64,000 nt of DNA from Tubiluchus corallicola (taxonomy: Eukaryota > Animalia > Priapulida), in NCBI GenBank assembly GCA_030141605.1, contig JAQGDQ010000028.1, forward strand, positions 372,001 to 436,000, read 5' to 3'. The position numbers were made by a program, and so were the translations under genes. Each line of letters opens with the position of its first letter. Position 1 is the first letter of the stretch. Below, one piece after another: positions 63,681 to 64,000 of the stretch. The notes under the pieces were generated by a model. It made no database searches. It was given only the letters and a program-made list of their open reading frames with translations, and had not been told where the DNA came from.

Positions 63681-64000
63681 CCAGGTCAGTTACTCTTGTC
63701 CAGCTCCAAGTGATTTACATGCGGTCAACACAAAAAGAGAAGCACTGAAAAATGTATCAGCCGTTTTTGAACCTCTTGGATGGATTAGTCCTTTATTAGT
63801 CGAAGCAAAGAGATTCATAGCAACATTATGGAAAGAACATGTCGATTGGGACACTGTGTTCACCCAAGAGCAGCAAGTTCAATGGGAAAATGTTGCAAAC
63901 ACCTTATCATCAATTTACAGTCTGAGGATTCCCAGATACACTGAAACAGGTGATTTTAGCAAAGTAGATATTGTGTCATTCAGTGACAGCTCTTCATGGT
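63673..64000 (+). mobile_element. BEL/Pao LTR retrotransposon pol fragment (RT-RNase H connector, Peptidase_A17-type region), continuing past the window
   Basis: Open frame not in the ORF track: TDQVSY...TKREALKNVSAVFEPLGWISPLLVEAKRFIATLWKEHVDWD...QW...LRIPRY...IVSFSDSS. It matches the Pao pattern TKRxxLxxxxxxFDPLGxxxP...AK...LW....WD...IPR...FxDAS. Confidence 0.85.

Overview
AT-rich invertebrate animal genomic DNA with spliceosomal introns and many transposon relics. From left to right: (1) a decayed Ty3/Gypsy LTR retrotransposon with a PPT and a short 3' LTR (1-4664); (2) a 4-exon SPRTN/Spartan gene (+); (3) a 13-exon kynurenine 3-monooxygenase gene (-), head-to-head with (4) an intronless choline/ethanolamine phosphotransferase (+); (5) a 9-exon, divergent APMAP/strictosidine-synthase-like gene (+). 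hAT elements/MITEs with 8-bp TSDs and LINE fragments are scattered throughout. The standout is 50354-63680: six near-identical ~2.2-kb tandem copies of an apparent non-retroviral endogenous viral element. Each copy joins the 5' half of a furin-cleaved class I (F-like) fusion glycoprotein gene to an internal piece of a negative-strand RNA virus L polymerase (Mononegavirales/Jingchuvirales type; CR IV plus the capping/PRNTase domain). Only copy 1 keeps the ATG and signal peptide. Only copy 6 keeps the native L continuation, which runs directly into a BEL/Pao retrotransposon pol sequence at the window end. All protein assignments come from motifs recognised by eye; no database search was run.
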